DNA of 59,866 bases, filler included, from Sphacelaria rigidula (GCA_964200075.2; 10 parts of 10 records of this genome joined end to end with filler, not necessarily neighbours in it), one strand, 5' to 3'. Positions 24,325 through 36,560 are shown, counted from the whole stretch's first letter. Notes: generated by a model from the sequence alone, not told the origin. Made by a program: numbers and translations.

Positions 24325-24349
24325 CGTGTTTAGGGGGGGGGGACACAGA

Positions 24350-25020
24350 GACGGCAGTGGAGGAAGACGCGAGATTTTTGCGTGAGACAATCCAATGGCA
24401 GTGTTTCGTTAGACCAGCCATCACATGCCACATGAATACAGTTACTGGTGGCTCCAAGGATGGAGATTCGGAACACTTTCTCGCAACACACGACTTTCGG
24501 GGTATATCAGACTGGACATTTACTCCCTTCACGATCACCCGGGTATGTCCTCAATGTGTGCGTGTTTTTGTGTGCTGAATCGACATCGTGTTCACTCGGA
24601 GAATGACTCAGGCATGGGTATCCATCTGTCCGCCGCTCAAACGGTTTTCATATATTGTATCTTTCGAGTCAACTGATGCACCGATAGACCCCCCCTAGGG
24701 AAGTGCTTTGGTTTGAGAAGGCTAAACCTACATAAAAATCAAAATGACAGAAGCCGAGCACACCGGGTAGCTGGGAACTCTCACATTTCGGGTCGTTGTC
24801 ACCAACGTCGCCCATAAGGGGCGCTTCATATTCAGTGTGCAACCAGCGACCTTGCGCCGCATGGCCATTGTCTTGGTGTCAGTTTTGGGGCTGGTTTGGG
24901 GGGTGGGGACTACTGCGGTATCACCGAGGCCTGGGTATAACGTTTGTGTGCAGGCCTAATGAACACAACGTTTTTTTTTGCCCTTCACCCTTGTAATGAG
25001 GCGTCGGTGAGAGCTATACT
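24350..25020 (+). pseudogene. Second decayed copy of the relic at 10460-11210 (possible Fanzor1-like)
   Basis: WFEKAK/IKMTEAEHTG*L...TNVAHKGRFIFSVQPATLRRMAI aligns with WFEKAKFLIKMTKSERTEKL...ANVAHMKHF/SLRPAIMRCVVI; the 5' boundary is uncertain. Confidence 0.45.
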
Positions 25021-25226
25021 GTACTTGCTTGTATTGAGATAGCGAAGTACGCGCTGTGATTGATCGATGCACGTCTGATCATTCCTTTACAGAACCACCT
25101 CTAACGAAAACAAACGAACTGGATACGGCTCTGTTTGTGCTTGGTAAAGAGGCGTGGACAACAGCTGTAGTGTATACACAGAGGAAAGACCAAGTCCTGA
25201 TGCGCATTTCAATAACGAGTGACAAA

Positions 25227-25228
<2 letters not shown>

Positions 25229-25263
<35 letters not shown>
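25229..25263. repeat. (GT)n microsatellite
   Basis: Directly visible; others at 8639-8664 and 30775-30827. Confidence 0.97.
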
Positions 25264-25264
<1 letters not shown>

Positions 25265-25548
25265 ATGTCAACTCATCTCACGCCTTCAACGACGTACACC
25301 GGATTCCGCTCGAAAGGATCATATATGTTGGTATTTGAAACGCGCAGTCGTCCACCAAAGCTAGCCATCGGTGTACTGTGTAATGTACTAGACTAGTTAA
25401 GGTACACCACCGGGACGCGGCGGCGTGTATCTCGGGAATGAAAATCTCAAGAGCGGCCTGATTCATTGACGAGAAAGGAGAGAAAAAGAGAGGATAAATC
25501 TCCGGTGAATTGATGATGGAGACAGGAAAAAATAACAATAAAACTTAC

Positions 25549-25661
25549 CTGACCAGCAGCGTCATCATCTACCGGAATCAATGACAACAGCGACACCACT
25601 CCGGGCACGGTGGGCATCGCCATGACCATATCCAAACGCCCGTATGTGAAATTGAAATTGC
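25549..25661 (-). CDS. GH16-like (beta-glucanase/ConA-like fold) internal exon
   Basis: CAG acceptor and CAG|GTAAGT donor; GNFNFTYGRLDMVMAMPTVPGVVSLLSLIP resembles GH16 FxFxYGRxExRxKxPxGxGxxxAFxL. Confidence 0.55.
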
Positions 25662-26770
25662 CTGGGGGTCAACAGTCGGGTGGGGGTAGATAGGTTGGAG
25701 GATGGGAGGGGGCAGCGGGGACCGACAATAATAAATAGTAGAGTTTCGGAAATTGTTTTTCGCACATCACCATCAGGGACGAAAGGGGAAAATGCCAGCA
25801 ATGACACATATTCGATCCTAAACAAGAGTCCAGGATGAAAGTTTCAGGATCAGAGCTTTCTTTTGAGCCCTCCATCCTTAAGTCTGACGTGCCGCTTCAG
25901 ACTTCAGGATGGAACGAGCAGGAATCACCATCACTCCCACCACCACTGTCACGGCCAGTTCATAATCCACATATCCTTACAGGCAACGTGGGACATCCAT
26001 CACGGCTGTCATCCTCATCACAATGAACCAGTCAACAAGTAGCAGCGCTTGATATCACAGACAGGGAGACGTTCCGCCCGCCGCCACGGCATCAGCACTC
26101 GCTTCGTTGCATTGCGTGAAACGTAAATGCTCGGTGCGCACAAGACGTTACTTTGAGTACAGCTCCTCGCTATTGCCAGCCTCGTGTATCTTCAGCTGAG
26201 AAGAAGACGGTGTGAACGATCCGTAGTCTACCGCACAGCAGCAGTGCTGCACCCTGGCAGCATGCACTGCCATTCCGTTGGAGTCCGTGGCGTGTTCCAC
26301 CAGCGTTGCGGGTGGTATGGTGCAAAACCGGTTGCCACGCGGCTTTGTCTGTCCTTTGGAGGTAGGTACTGCCGTGCCGTATGTACCGTACCGCGGTAAC
26401 GTACTGCACCGCAATGCAGCATTTTGCACTGTACTATGCTATACTGTACTGTACTGTACTATATACTGCACTATAGTGCAGAGCAGTGTAATGTAGTGTA
26501 CGGTACGGTACGGCAGGGTACGGTACAACTATTTCGCCATGTACTGTCTGTACTGGAGACTCACGACTGTGCAGTGCTGTACTGACTTCTGCATCTTCGG
26601 CTCAGATGGTTGATTGCACATTTGATGGGACATTCTCCGGTATCCATCACTGCGAACAATAAGTGTAACGTCAAGTCACGTTACGTCAGCTGCCGTCCTG
26701 AAGTTTTTGAAACCATCCATCCTGAGGTTTTTCAAAGCTCCCATCATGAAGTTTTTGAAAATATCGAGGG

Positions 26771-27099
26771 GATCTGACGAAATGTACGTAAACAATGGTT
26801 GGGACTATGGGGATGTCGACAACCCTAACGCTAACCCTAACCCTAAACCCTGACCAAGGCATACCGAGAACCCTCGGGCGGGGGGGGGCGCGAAGCGTCT
26901 CGTAGGCTACGGGTGCGCTGCCAGAGCTCAAATCGACGCCTTTGAGCGGATTTTGGACCAAAACACGTTCTGGACGAGCTAGGTCTACTACTCACCACTG
27001 CTCACCTGCCCGAAGTCATAAATTTTCTGATATCTTTCTTGAGTCTAAAATCAAGTAAAATCGAGTACCAACCATTGTTTACGTACATTTCGCCAGATC
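26771..27099. mobile_element. MITE-like element with 36-bp TIRs and internal (AACCCT)n
   Basis: GATCTGACGAAATGTACGTAAACAATGGTTGGGACT (26771-26806) is inverted at 27064-27099 with 2 mismatches; telomere-like repeats at 26821-26851. Confidence 0.8.
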
Positions 27100-27879
27100 T
27101 ACTGAACATATCCCATCCTACAAATATTTACATCCTGACCCTGAACCAAGTTCTGAAAAATTCCAAAACTCTCTAATGCCAAGCGTGGCTGTCGAAAAGC
27201 AGGGAACGACGACGAAAAATATCAGCAGCGAGAGCACGCCTCTTTTCAAAATACATACACGTGACACTTTTACGTGACGGACAAGATCCCACAAACAACA
27301 AAAGGGGCCATAGGTAAGTGGCCCTTGGATCCACCTACTGTAAGGGAAATAGAGAGTTTCGGGCAAAAAAACTCAGAACTCAGGGATAAAAGCGAGAAAC
27401 GACTGGATTGTTTACGCTTAAACCCCAGGGTTTTTTTTATTTTAACTTACCACGTGGGTGTGGACCGTGGCCAACTTTTTAGGGTTTAGTATTTTCTATT
27501 CCGAATGCCACGTGGTCGGTGTCATGAGTTAAAAAGGTACAAGTCGCGTCGTGCTTTTCTGCGCTTGTACTCTGCGCCCACCCATGCGGTGCTACCCGTA
27601 CAGCGCGGGAGAGCATGTACAGAGCCGTGCTACGATAGGTTGGGTGTTTGATTTCAGGGGGAAAAGACTCATAGATGTTTCGGACAACCTGACACACTCG
27701 CCGTGCGCTTGTATTTAGGTGAAACGGCGTCGAGCAATATGGATGAGCGTTATTTATCGGTGACACGCGCGTTCTGAAGATCGCGTTGCTCCTGACATCG
27801 ATTCAAAGTTGAATTTAGTGGAAGCATTTGCCCAAAATACCCCCCGTTCTATCCTAGCATGACTTGATTGATTATGCTG

Positions 27880-28110
27880 TCCCCGTACCGTTGACTCCGC
27901 GACAGCAGTATACTCGACTTGACGGTCGACGAGGGAAGGGAACTGCTGAACCCCTCTCGCGATAAAATATAAAAGTAAGCACCGCAGAAGAAAGGTGGAG
28001 TATTAAAAACAAACAAGAAAGGGGAACCTCCTGTGTTGACCTTCCTCCTGTGTGACCCCGGCTGGTGCGCCCACATATACCCCAAGGTGTCGACCGGCGT
28101 CCAGAATACA
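27880..28110. repeat. Dispersed repeat family C
   Basis: GCACCGCAGAAG...CTCCTGTGTT...CCTTCCTCCTGTGTGACCCCGGCT.GTGCGCCCAC...GACCGGCGTCCAGAATA shared with 58290-58510 and, inverted, 44985-45047. Confidence 0.85.
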
Positions 28111-29885
28111 TGAGACGATAACTCATACCCACAGTGTCAACAACGCAGCCTCCGGTTACGAACCCGGCACAGTACACAGCATTGGGCACACAGGCAGTAC
28201 ACCTCGGCGCCCGCTAGTCACTCAAAAGTCCTGCCCATGTCGGTGTCTGGTACAGCACTATAATATTAAGTTGCACTAAAATCAAGTAATTTCCAGACGA
28301 ATGGTAGATTCGTCCGACCGTTGCGATATATCACTGTTCGATAATCGAAATTGTGCACTCCCTGGAAGTCTCTGGCGACATTTTTGCGACGACCAAAAGT
28401 ACATGCACGAGACAGTTGAGAGTTGTACTGTACTGTTGTTGCACGGTCTGTAGACACTTTTGTATACTTTCTGTAGTACGTGTTCTGCACTGTACTGCTG
28501 TCTAGTACAAGTGTGCACATGCCTGTATGTGTGCGTTTGCATACTTTGAGAAAGTACAGTCGTTCTCGATAAAGTTTCACTATACGCAGTAATCCTAGTT
28601 GTGTGGAGGCGAACGGGGGAACAGAGACACCTGTCGACCTGGCTAAAGATGACGTGGAAGGGCTGAAGTGGGGCACTCATGCAGCGGCTACGAGGATCTC
28701 GACAAAATGGCCACCCCTCGGCGGTGTACCTGCGCGAGTTAACGCAAGCTTCAAGTTGGGTGGGCATTTTGTCAAGTCCTCGCAGCAGCTGCTTCAGCGG
28801 CCGACTCCCGCCCTTTCGCACCATCATAAGCCAGGTCGACTGGTGTCTCGGCTCCCCCGTTCGCGTCGGAGTGTTCCTCGTAGTCTTGGGTCACCCTCGT
28901 GAAGGAGCTGCCATCTCCAGCGCTATCGCGGGCGTTCACAGCATCCGCCATCGCCTCACTTACGATGTATGTCCTACGGCTGTACTCTGTAACCTTGGTC
29001 GTTATGGGGCAGGGCGTCTAGTTCCGTTTCATAACCCTGAGTGTGGCACCAACGCTTTGGGTTGTTTAGCAACTCAGGGTTCATTGGGAAAAAAATGAAA
29101 AATATTCCCGAGTTGCTGCTCATGTCTCTTCTCAGGATTCGGTTTTCGGGGTTTACCTAGGGGAATTCGTCATATCCTGGCCTTAAATCCCAACTTCTAA
29201 ACCCTAACCCTGAGTTTTTGCGGCCGTTTTTGTGTTGGCGCAACTCTCTAATAAGTGCAAATAACTGCTTTGACATCAATCTTTTGAAACCCATGAAATA
29301 TTCTTGTTTCTGTGAATCGGCATCATTTTCAGTAATTTTCAAGTCAAAATGATGCCAATTCACAAAAACAAAATCGTCCATAGGTTCTCAAAGGGTTAGT
29401 CACGACGCCATGTCATATAGAGACAGGGGTGAGAGACCACGGATTCCACTATACGCCGTCATACAGGAGGTGGTACTTGGAAAATAAGAAAGATTTTCTC
29501 GGCTCTACAAGTAGCGAGGAGAACGGCTGTATAGAAGTGAAAACCAGCGATATTGTTCCGAAAAGGTGACCTTGCATCCGCAAGGGCCAATCAACGGGCG
29601 ATACGTTTTCCTGGTTATTTTTTTTAATATTACTTTTATGCGTGAAGCGTTTGTATTGATCCACCGAAACACAATTGAACTACGAACTCAGATCGCATCA
29701 TTTCAAAACTATATACTTCGTATTGTAGTACCCCGTGTACCTGAACTGAGTGGGTGCTGCGTACAGGATAGATTTTTCTTTTCCTAATCGAGGCAGGTTC
29801 TTTCACATACATCCACAAGTACTGTGGGGAGGGGACATTACAAAAGCGAAATGTTGCCCGAGTCAAAATGCCCTCTCGCCCCCCC

Positions 29886-29985
29886 NNNNNNNNNNNNNNN
29901 NNNNNNNNNNNNNNNNNNNNNNNNNNNNNTTAATTAATTAANNNNNNNNNNNNNNNNNNNNNNNNNNNNNNNNNNNNNNNNNNNN
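29886..29985. other. Artificial contig spacer
   Basis: N44-TTAATTAATTAA-N44. Confidence 0.98.
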
Positions 29986-30285
29986 AAGAACACGTTGAAA
30001 AACAGGGCAATGTTCCCGTCACCGCTACTACTGTACTCTGTCACACACATGCCAGCAAGGGCGGTGCTGCGGCAATAACAGATAGATCCAATTTGAACTT
30101 GAGGGGTGTTATTCATCGTTGATCTGCTCCCACGTCCCCAAGCCGGGCAGGCGAGCAGAACAGCGTGCCACACGCCAGTTGAGGGGGGTTCATGAGAGAT
30201 CAAACACTTGTAGGGACCTCTTTGACATACGGAGTGAAAAAAGATACCTATAGTGGTGACCTAACTGTTGCTAGCGTGGCGCATG
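29986..30285. repeat. Dispersed repeat family D
   Basis: AGAACACGT...CAGGGC.ATGTTCCCGTCACC...GTGA.CTAACTGTTGCT shared with 39970-40350; the upstream part also occurs at 47790-47874. Confidence 0.85.
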
Positions 30286-30772
30286 GAAAATCTGCAGCAC
30301 ACATACGGTGGTCGCGTGGACAGCCCGGTACAGCACGAGTAGCTTCTCATAAGTAATAATTATTCCAATGTCAACGAAGGTCATGGATTATCACAACTTG
30401 AAAGGAGAGACGAGAGTGCTCTACGATCAACCGCATGTCGTTGCATTCGAGACCCACGCCATCAACCGCCGACAGCAAGGGTCTTGTGGCTTTCACGCGA
30501 CGCTGTCGGCAGTACGCCAGGCAAACCAGATCATAGCTACCTCTCGTCTGCGCAGTGGTGGTCACGCTAACAGACTGCACCGATTTCGCAAAACATGTGA
30601 AAGCTGGACAGTTTGATTTTCATGAGCTATATGCACATGATGAAAACGGTTCTGAAAACCTGTTGAGATACGATGCAGCTTTTGAACAAGGGCGAGAAAC
30701 CATCGAAGGGCTACGCCGAGGCAGTTCCTTGGTTGGAGGCTGCTGCATTTGGAGGCTTCCTCTGCGACATCG

Positions 30773-30774
<2 letters not shown>

Positions 30775-30827
<53 letters not shown>
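30775..30827. repeat. (GT)n microsatellite
   Basis: Directly visible. Confidence 0.97.
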
Positions 30828-30834
<7 letters not shown>

Positions 30835-32107
30835 CTTCCCGCGGTGGAAGGTTTCAAGAGGGCATATTTTTTCACGTAAAATGGTTAGGAAAGCATCGGC
30901 AGCCGATCTGACGAGAAATGAAACAAAGCAGAGGATAGCGAGTGCTGTAGGTGTATTTGTATCCCATACCGTGCCGCACCGTACCGTGCCCAAACGCCCG
31001 TTATTATCGACACCGTTGTTTCGGATGTGTCGGAAAACAATTTCTCAGAAGCTTGACGTTTCGGAGAAGTTCAAGCAGTTCTGACTGCAGCACAGCACGT
31101 CGGAGAGGTGCGTAGTGTGTACGCGGTGGCGCTCGCAAGCGTTCGAGAGTCATCAGAAACCTTACCAATGACACCCTGGGCCATGTGGGGGAGTAGAAGG
31201 CGCCGTGGGTCGGCGGGAGTGGTATTCTCAAGCCGGCGAGGACAAGCCAACGACGAAATCATTACTGTGTCAGGGACGAGAGGTCTAACGACAACGCCGA
31301 ACTCGATGAGGACACCACCCTCGGGGCCCTTCGGATATCCCCGAAATTTTGGGCTTTCTCCAAAAACGTGGTTTTAGTAATGCTCCCTCTGTCCCGAGAT
31401 ATAAGCAATGTTTCTACCATATGCCCCAAAGTAGGTGACTCAGTTCTTGTTTTATGTCCGACGTGTATGAGACATGATCAGATTTCGCGTGGATGAATAG
31501 GAAAGAAAAAAAAACTCCACGAGGGAGGGGGTGGGGGTTTGACGTCCGCTGCTTGGTGACGCCATGGAAGAATTCAGATTGTATAGCGCTATGCTTGCTG
31601 CCAGCAAGGAGGGACCGAATCTCCGCCCCCTCTTATAAATCGTCGAGAATCTTACGCTTGGGCCCCTGGGAGGCACTTCCAGCAGCGGACATGCCAAGAG
31701 AAGATGGGGAGGTTTTTGACCGGACGTTCCAAGTAAGGGTGGTTTCGAGCTACGTCTGCTGGGGTAGGAGGACCACTTTTGGTGGTGAAATTGAAAAACA
31801 CCGGTTTGGGGCAAGCCGCGCAAAAGCCGCGAAAGCGAAGAAAAAAGATGTCGATAAGAAAAAAGTGAGCCGAATTTGGACCGCTTTTTCTCCCAACCTT
31901 GTTTATGTTGGTTGGTTGGTGTACTCACGGCATGCATGATCATGATTACACCAACCTTGCTTATACTTGTGGACAGAAGGAGTAACTGGTATAAGAGCCG
32001 AAGTCTGACGTGGTCGTGGCAGTGACTGAATTTCCCCTTGTTGTTCATTTCGTACAAGACGCATGCGTGCGGCCTTGCAGGAACCCCCAATCCCTCCCCT
32101 CTAGCCT

Positions 32108-32131
32108 ATGGCATGCATGATCATGAGTACA
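32108..32131 (+). mobile_element. 24-nt family A tail-only insertion with 11-bp TSD
   Basis: ATGGCATGCATGATCATGAGTACA is flanked by CCCTCTAGCCT at 32097-32107 and 32132-32142. Confidence 0.85.
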
Positions 32132-32199
32132 CCCTCTAGCCTGGTCCAGCAATAACCGGGCGTGCTTCGTCCCGGCTCTGAAGGGACGAACTCCCGATG

Positions 32200-32678
32200 G
32201 GGTTGGTGTCGATCAACAATAATGCTTACCGTAGAACACGCCACTCACTGCGTTAGCTAGGCAACCAGGTTACCAATTGTTGTTGCGCGCTTGCGTTTTT
32301 TTGCGGTAATCATAATGTTGGTCGAGCTAGATCATGTTGCGCGGTGTAGGACAACCTCACCCGCCCGCGAATGATATGGTTGTACTACGTAGTGTTTCGA
32401 TGGTGGGAAACTCATGAGGCAGTGTGTAAGCCGTGGCTGTCTCTGGAAGTGGCGATATAAGGAAATGAAGTAACTCATTGTAGGCTGTCATCCAAATGTA
32501 AGATGATTGGTACGCTTCGGGCCGAACAATCTTGGCAGGATGCAGCTCACCTTTCATGCGACCGGCCGAACACATCACAGCACTTCGCGCTCGGTGATTG
32601 ACAGCAAGCCTCGTCCAGCGAGAACCCGGCGTGCTCCGTCCCTGTTTTGTACGGATGGGAGGGCAATGGCCATATGAC
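32200..32678 (+). mobile_element. Family A copy
   Basis: Reverse complement of 8720-9195 and 58672-59153. Confidence 0.85.
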
Positions 32679-32688
32679 GTGAAATATT

Positions 32689-32780
32689 GGTGTCTCTATT
32701 AGGACTAGGAACGGTTCTCCGTCTCGAAAGAGATGCGTGGTCAATGGTCAAGCGACTATGGCAAGCAACAAAGGAGAACC
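32689..32780 (+). mobile_element. LINE 3'-end fragment followed by a C-rich tract
   Basis: Matches the reverse complement of 19965-20055. Confidence 0.85.
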
Positions 32781-33047
32781 ACCCCCCCACACACACCCCC
32801 CCACCCACCCCCACCGCACCCCACACAAACCAACATCACCCACNNNNNNNNNNGGGAGGGGTTCTCCGCCCGAAAAGGGGTGGGGGGTAAATGGTCAAGC
32901 CACAAGGGAAAAAAAAAAAGGGTCCCCCCCCCCCCCCCCCCCCGGTTCTTAACACGCACATGCTTATTTAGATTCCGTTTCTCATCATTCTCGTACCCCC
33001 ACTTTTGACGCCTTACTTTTTCGCCGACCCGCCATTGCGGCCGTCAG

Positions 33048-33155
33048 GCAACCGGATGGACGATGGACGCTATTGCCGCAAACAGCGACTAGCGATTCTT
33101 CAAGACCCACGCGACCCCCAAGGATCTGCCGTGCGGAAAGGCCCCCGGAGTCAAG
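33048..33155 (+). pseudogene. Sulfotransferase (Sulfotransfer_1/SULT-type) exon with an in-frame stop
   Basis: CAG|GCA...AAG|GT; ATGWTMDAIAANSD*RFFKTHATPKDLPCGKAPGVK, containing the KTH catalytic-His motif; TAG at 33090-33092. Confidence 0.8.
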
Positions 33156-34137
33156 GTGTGTGTATATGTGTTTGTATGTGAGAGCTAATGATGCTCTTCG
33201 GTTTGTGTTCATCGCTTGGCATTTTCATTCCTCCGTTCTCAGTATTCTTCCTGTTTGGGAGGTGAAAGTCAGATTCAAAACAAAGAGATACATGCCTTTT
33301 CCCTGAACGCGGAAAGTATGCACATGCCACGCTTATGCAGCAGTACCTTTTTAATACATTCCTGTTGTAGCACAGGCTGTTTTTTTTTTGTGACGGGACT
33401 GAAGTAGATGACCTCTTCCTCGGTGTGGCTTCGACTGCCGTCACGAAACGATCCGCCGTGGAAGGAGTGTAGTGAGTGGGGACGAGCGTCCTTAATCGTA
33501 TCTTGGGGATTCTTCTCTTTCTCCTCTCTCTCCCTTGATATGACCAGTGATGTTTCAGAGATGTGTGACTCGTATAACATCTCGTTGCAAAAAAACAAAA
33601 CATGAAGCAGTCTCTCTCCTCCCCTCTCTCCCCCCCGGTGGAAAAAAGAAAACGAGGGGCTGTCCAATCTTGCGCATGCCGGACAGCTCATGACCTACCT
33701 GAATATTACTCTTGATCGGTTTACTTATCCAAATCATGAGCTAGCTCATTAAGCTCCTCATTCCATACTCGCTCACTCTAGCGCTGGACGCCCAGCAAAC
33801 GGAGCAACGCGAAGGTGGCGTTTTGGCTTTTGTCGGACCCTGCCATCGCGTATCTTGTGGTTTCGGGCTGAAGATTTGAGAGTTCCTTTCGATTAGTCAT
33901 TTCCGGTAGCTCATGGCACCGTGTTTTGTGCAGCCCTGTTGATTTTTTACCATTTTTGACTGATGACATAGTATAGTGCTCGTCAAACTGAAATGCTCAG
34001 CCTTTTTCATCGACCTTTTATTGTCAACTATCTCTACAAAGAGCTATTCTCGGGACAAGAGGAGAAAAGGGTAAAACACTCATCCACCTGTGTCCGCTGT
34101 CCGCGTATGTACAAAATATGCTATTGTACTCGGTCAG

Positions 34138-34262
34138 GTTATCTACGTGTGTAGAAATCCCAAGGGCGTGGTCGTGTCTTTGCACCATCACGCCAAGAAC
34201 AAGCCCATGTCCAAGTACACGGGCGACTTCAGCGACACGTTGACGTTTTTCGCGGAGGGGAG
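34138..34262 (+). pseudogene. Next sulfotransferase exon (3'-phosphate-binding motif)
   Basis: CAG|GTT...AG|GTGAG; VIYVCRNPKGVVVSLHHHAKNKPMSKYTGDFSDTLTFFAEG; joins the previous exon in phase 0; canonical RNPKD reads RNPKG. Confidence 0.85.
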
Positions 34263-35264
34263 GTGAGCTTCGAGAGATGAGTAAGGACAAGTCGCCGCCG
34301 CGCCCGGACACCTACGAGGATGGGAAGAGCGTCGGTTAGACTCCCGCCAGAAGCGTCGGGCTGTTGCGAAGAATCTAGTTTTCGCCGTTGAAAGCGTCAC
34401 GGCATGAGTAGACTTGAATTAGTTCACTTGGCTTGATGAGCGAGAAAAGTTCACGCGGTGCGGGAGTGCTTACCCAACCCGCGAGACCAAAATTCAAGGC
34501 GTGTACTGTACCGGGGAGAGATGGAGTGGTTATCCTTTGGTTCCCCGGACTCGTCCCGAGGGGGTGGGGGATTGAAAGTGTGTGAAAAATATACCGCACC
34601 ATCTCGAAACACGACTACAACCGTCAGTGTCTCTCGGGGCAAACTCCCGAAAAGTTTATCATGCAAGTTTTCCTGCAACAACAACCCCCCACCCCATAAA
34701 TGCCAAGACCTACTGAACTCATGAAACAAACACCTTACCGGTGACCGACCACATGACCTACGAGAAGGAGCGCCAAGCGGTACGTAGACTCCTTGACATC
34801 TTGAAGGATAGAAGCTGGTACAAAGTGCGGGGGAATCGTTGGCCAAGCTTTCGGCAGCAAAGGTCTACTTGAAAGCATCAGTGGAGTAGCGACCCATGGT
34901 GAATCGTACACGAAGTGGAGGAGTGATGTACGGGACATCCCGATGTGAGTAAGACCTTGTGTTATGCAAGCCGCCCTTGAACATTATACGGTGAAAATGA
35001 CCACCCTGGAGGAGAGAAACTGGTACACCAGCGGGGCAAGAAGATAGAAAATACGATCGTGAGACGCCTGGACGGTTTACCATAAAGATCGCCTGGCGAA
35101 CACGCGGGATACTTGCGTCAAAGGTGTTGAACTTGGCTTCAGGCTACGAGCCCCGTGTTGGAGGCATGATTCAGTGTCGGTGGGCCAGCAAAAGAACTGA
35201 AAGGAGCCAGACCCCAAACGAGTACTTGGATTGGGATATCCCAGTACGTTGAAGATATCCCACC

Positions 35265-35882
35265 ATGACGAATAAAATGAACAAGCTGGAGATTCTCTCG
35301 AAGGAGATCGAGAGAGAGACGGTAAGGAAGGGTGGATTGAGGAGTAAAGATTAGTCGGGTAAGGTACTAGTAGTGCTGGTATTCGGAGTCCGTAGCGACA
35401 TGACGAGAATGGAGTTTAAAAATAAATGCGATGAAGTTGGGCTACATTGTTTGGCAACAGGAAAAGTAGAGAGGTAGGGAGAACACTTCCGAGTCACGCT
35501 AAAACACGGAGCGAGTAAGGAGTGGGAAATTGTAGAAACAAGTAAGGCATCGGCATGGGTTGGAAGGGTAGGATGGAGAGTATGAATTGCTAATGGATTA
35601 ACAAACCTAAGGCGCAGTGCACGGACAAACGGAGGGAAAGAGAGGCAGGAACAGGTAAGTGGTCGGAAGGGGAAGGAGAGGGGACACAGCGCCCCGAAGC
35701 AAGTAGACAAAGACAAAACCGGCAAGGGGCAGATCAATCAAGCAAGGGAAAGTAGAAGTACGAGACACAGGAAGGGGATAGGGGACAACAAGAGAGAAGA
35801 TAATGATTCGAAAAGGAAGTTGAGAATAGGATCGTGGAACGTGTGTGGATTCGCCACAGACGAGCGCAAACGAGGGGAGATA
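35265..35882 (+). mobile_element. 5' region of a LINE: decayed ORF1-like segment and start of the APE endonuclease
   Basis: Purine-rich coding-like frame with stops, then RKLRIGSWNVCGFATDERKRGEI (APE motif I, xxSWNVxG) running into the contig end. Confidence 0.75.
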
Positions 35883-35982
35883 NNNNNNNNNNNNNNNNNN
35901 NNNNNNNNNNNNNNNNNNNNNNNNNNTTAATTAATTAANNNNNNNNNNNNNNNNNNNNNNNNNNNNNNNNNNNNNNNNNNNN
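35883..35982. other. Artificial contig spacer
   Basis: N44-TTAATTAATTAA-N44. Confidence 0.98.
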
Positions 35983-36300
35983 AACGACCCCAACTAATGA
36001 CAGTAGCAAACGCGATAACAAAGCGTCACGGAATCCAGGGTCTACGAGCAGACCCGCACATAGTATATCTTGCAACGCCTCTGAGCTTCATCACAGTGTA
36101 CCTCATGAATTGCCACGCGGGAAAATGGACGTTTTCATGTGATGTCGAACGAATCAAGATCCCCAAACATGTACGACTCACAATGTGAAAGGGGATCCTG
36201 AAAAGGGGGAACGGGTTCTTTGATGGCAACATTTTCAGAAATAGACGTGGACCGTTTGTCTCCGGACTAGAGCGCTTCATTTCCGGGCCTAGAATCAATT

Positions 36301-36560
36301 GATGCTACGGTGGGGGTGCGCGAATATTTCTTGAGGTTAGAATTGTTAGGAGCCCCTCATCTAATGCAAAACACGACTTGAAAAAATATGTGAGCGTACG
36401 TCAGGATTACTATACTCCAATGTGCTGGGGATCTCCCAAATTAATTTGCAAACGGGGATGCCCTGACCCATATCCTTGTGTACATATGTAGAATCGTTGG
36501 AATCCCCTGAACCAGACAAGATTTCGCGCAAAAAGTACACCGCTACCGTAGCATCGCTCA
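36301..36560. mobile_element. MITE-like element with degenerate TIRs (GATGCTACGGT.G.GGTG)
   Basis: Left GATGCTACGGTGGGGGTG and right CACCGCTACCGTAGCATC; the right end matches 17992-18052. Confidence 0.7.

Noticed and set aside
30391..30774. Exon-like segment with QQGSCGFH as a Ulp1-type protease motif
   Set aside because: It needs at least two frameshifts and the motif match is too short to support a call.
8467..34262. ALDH + IDO + GH16 + sulfotransferase as a metabolic gene cluster
   Set aside because: They lie on four different contigs joined artificially; there is no evidence of linkage.
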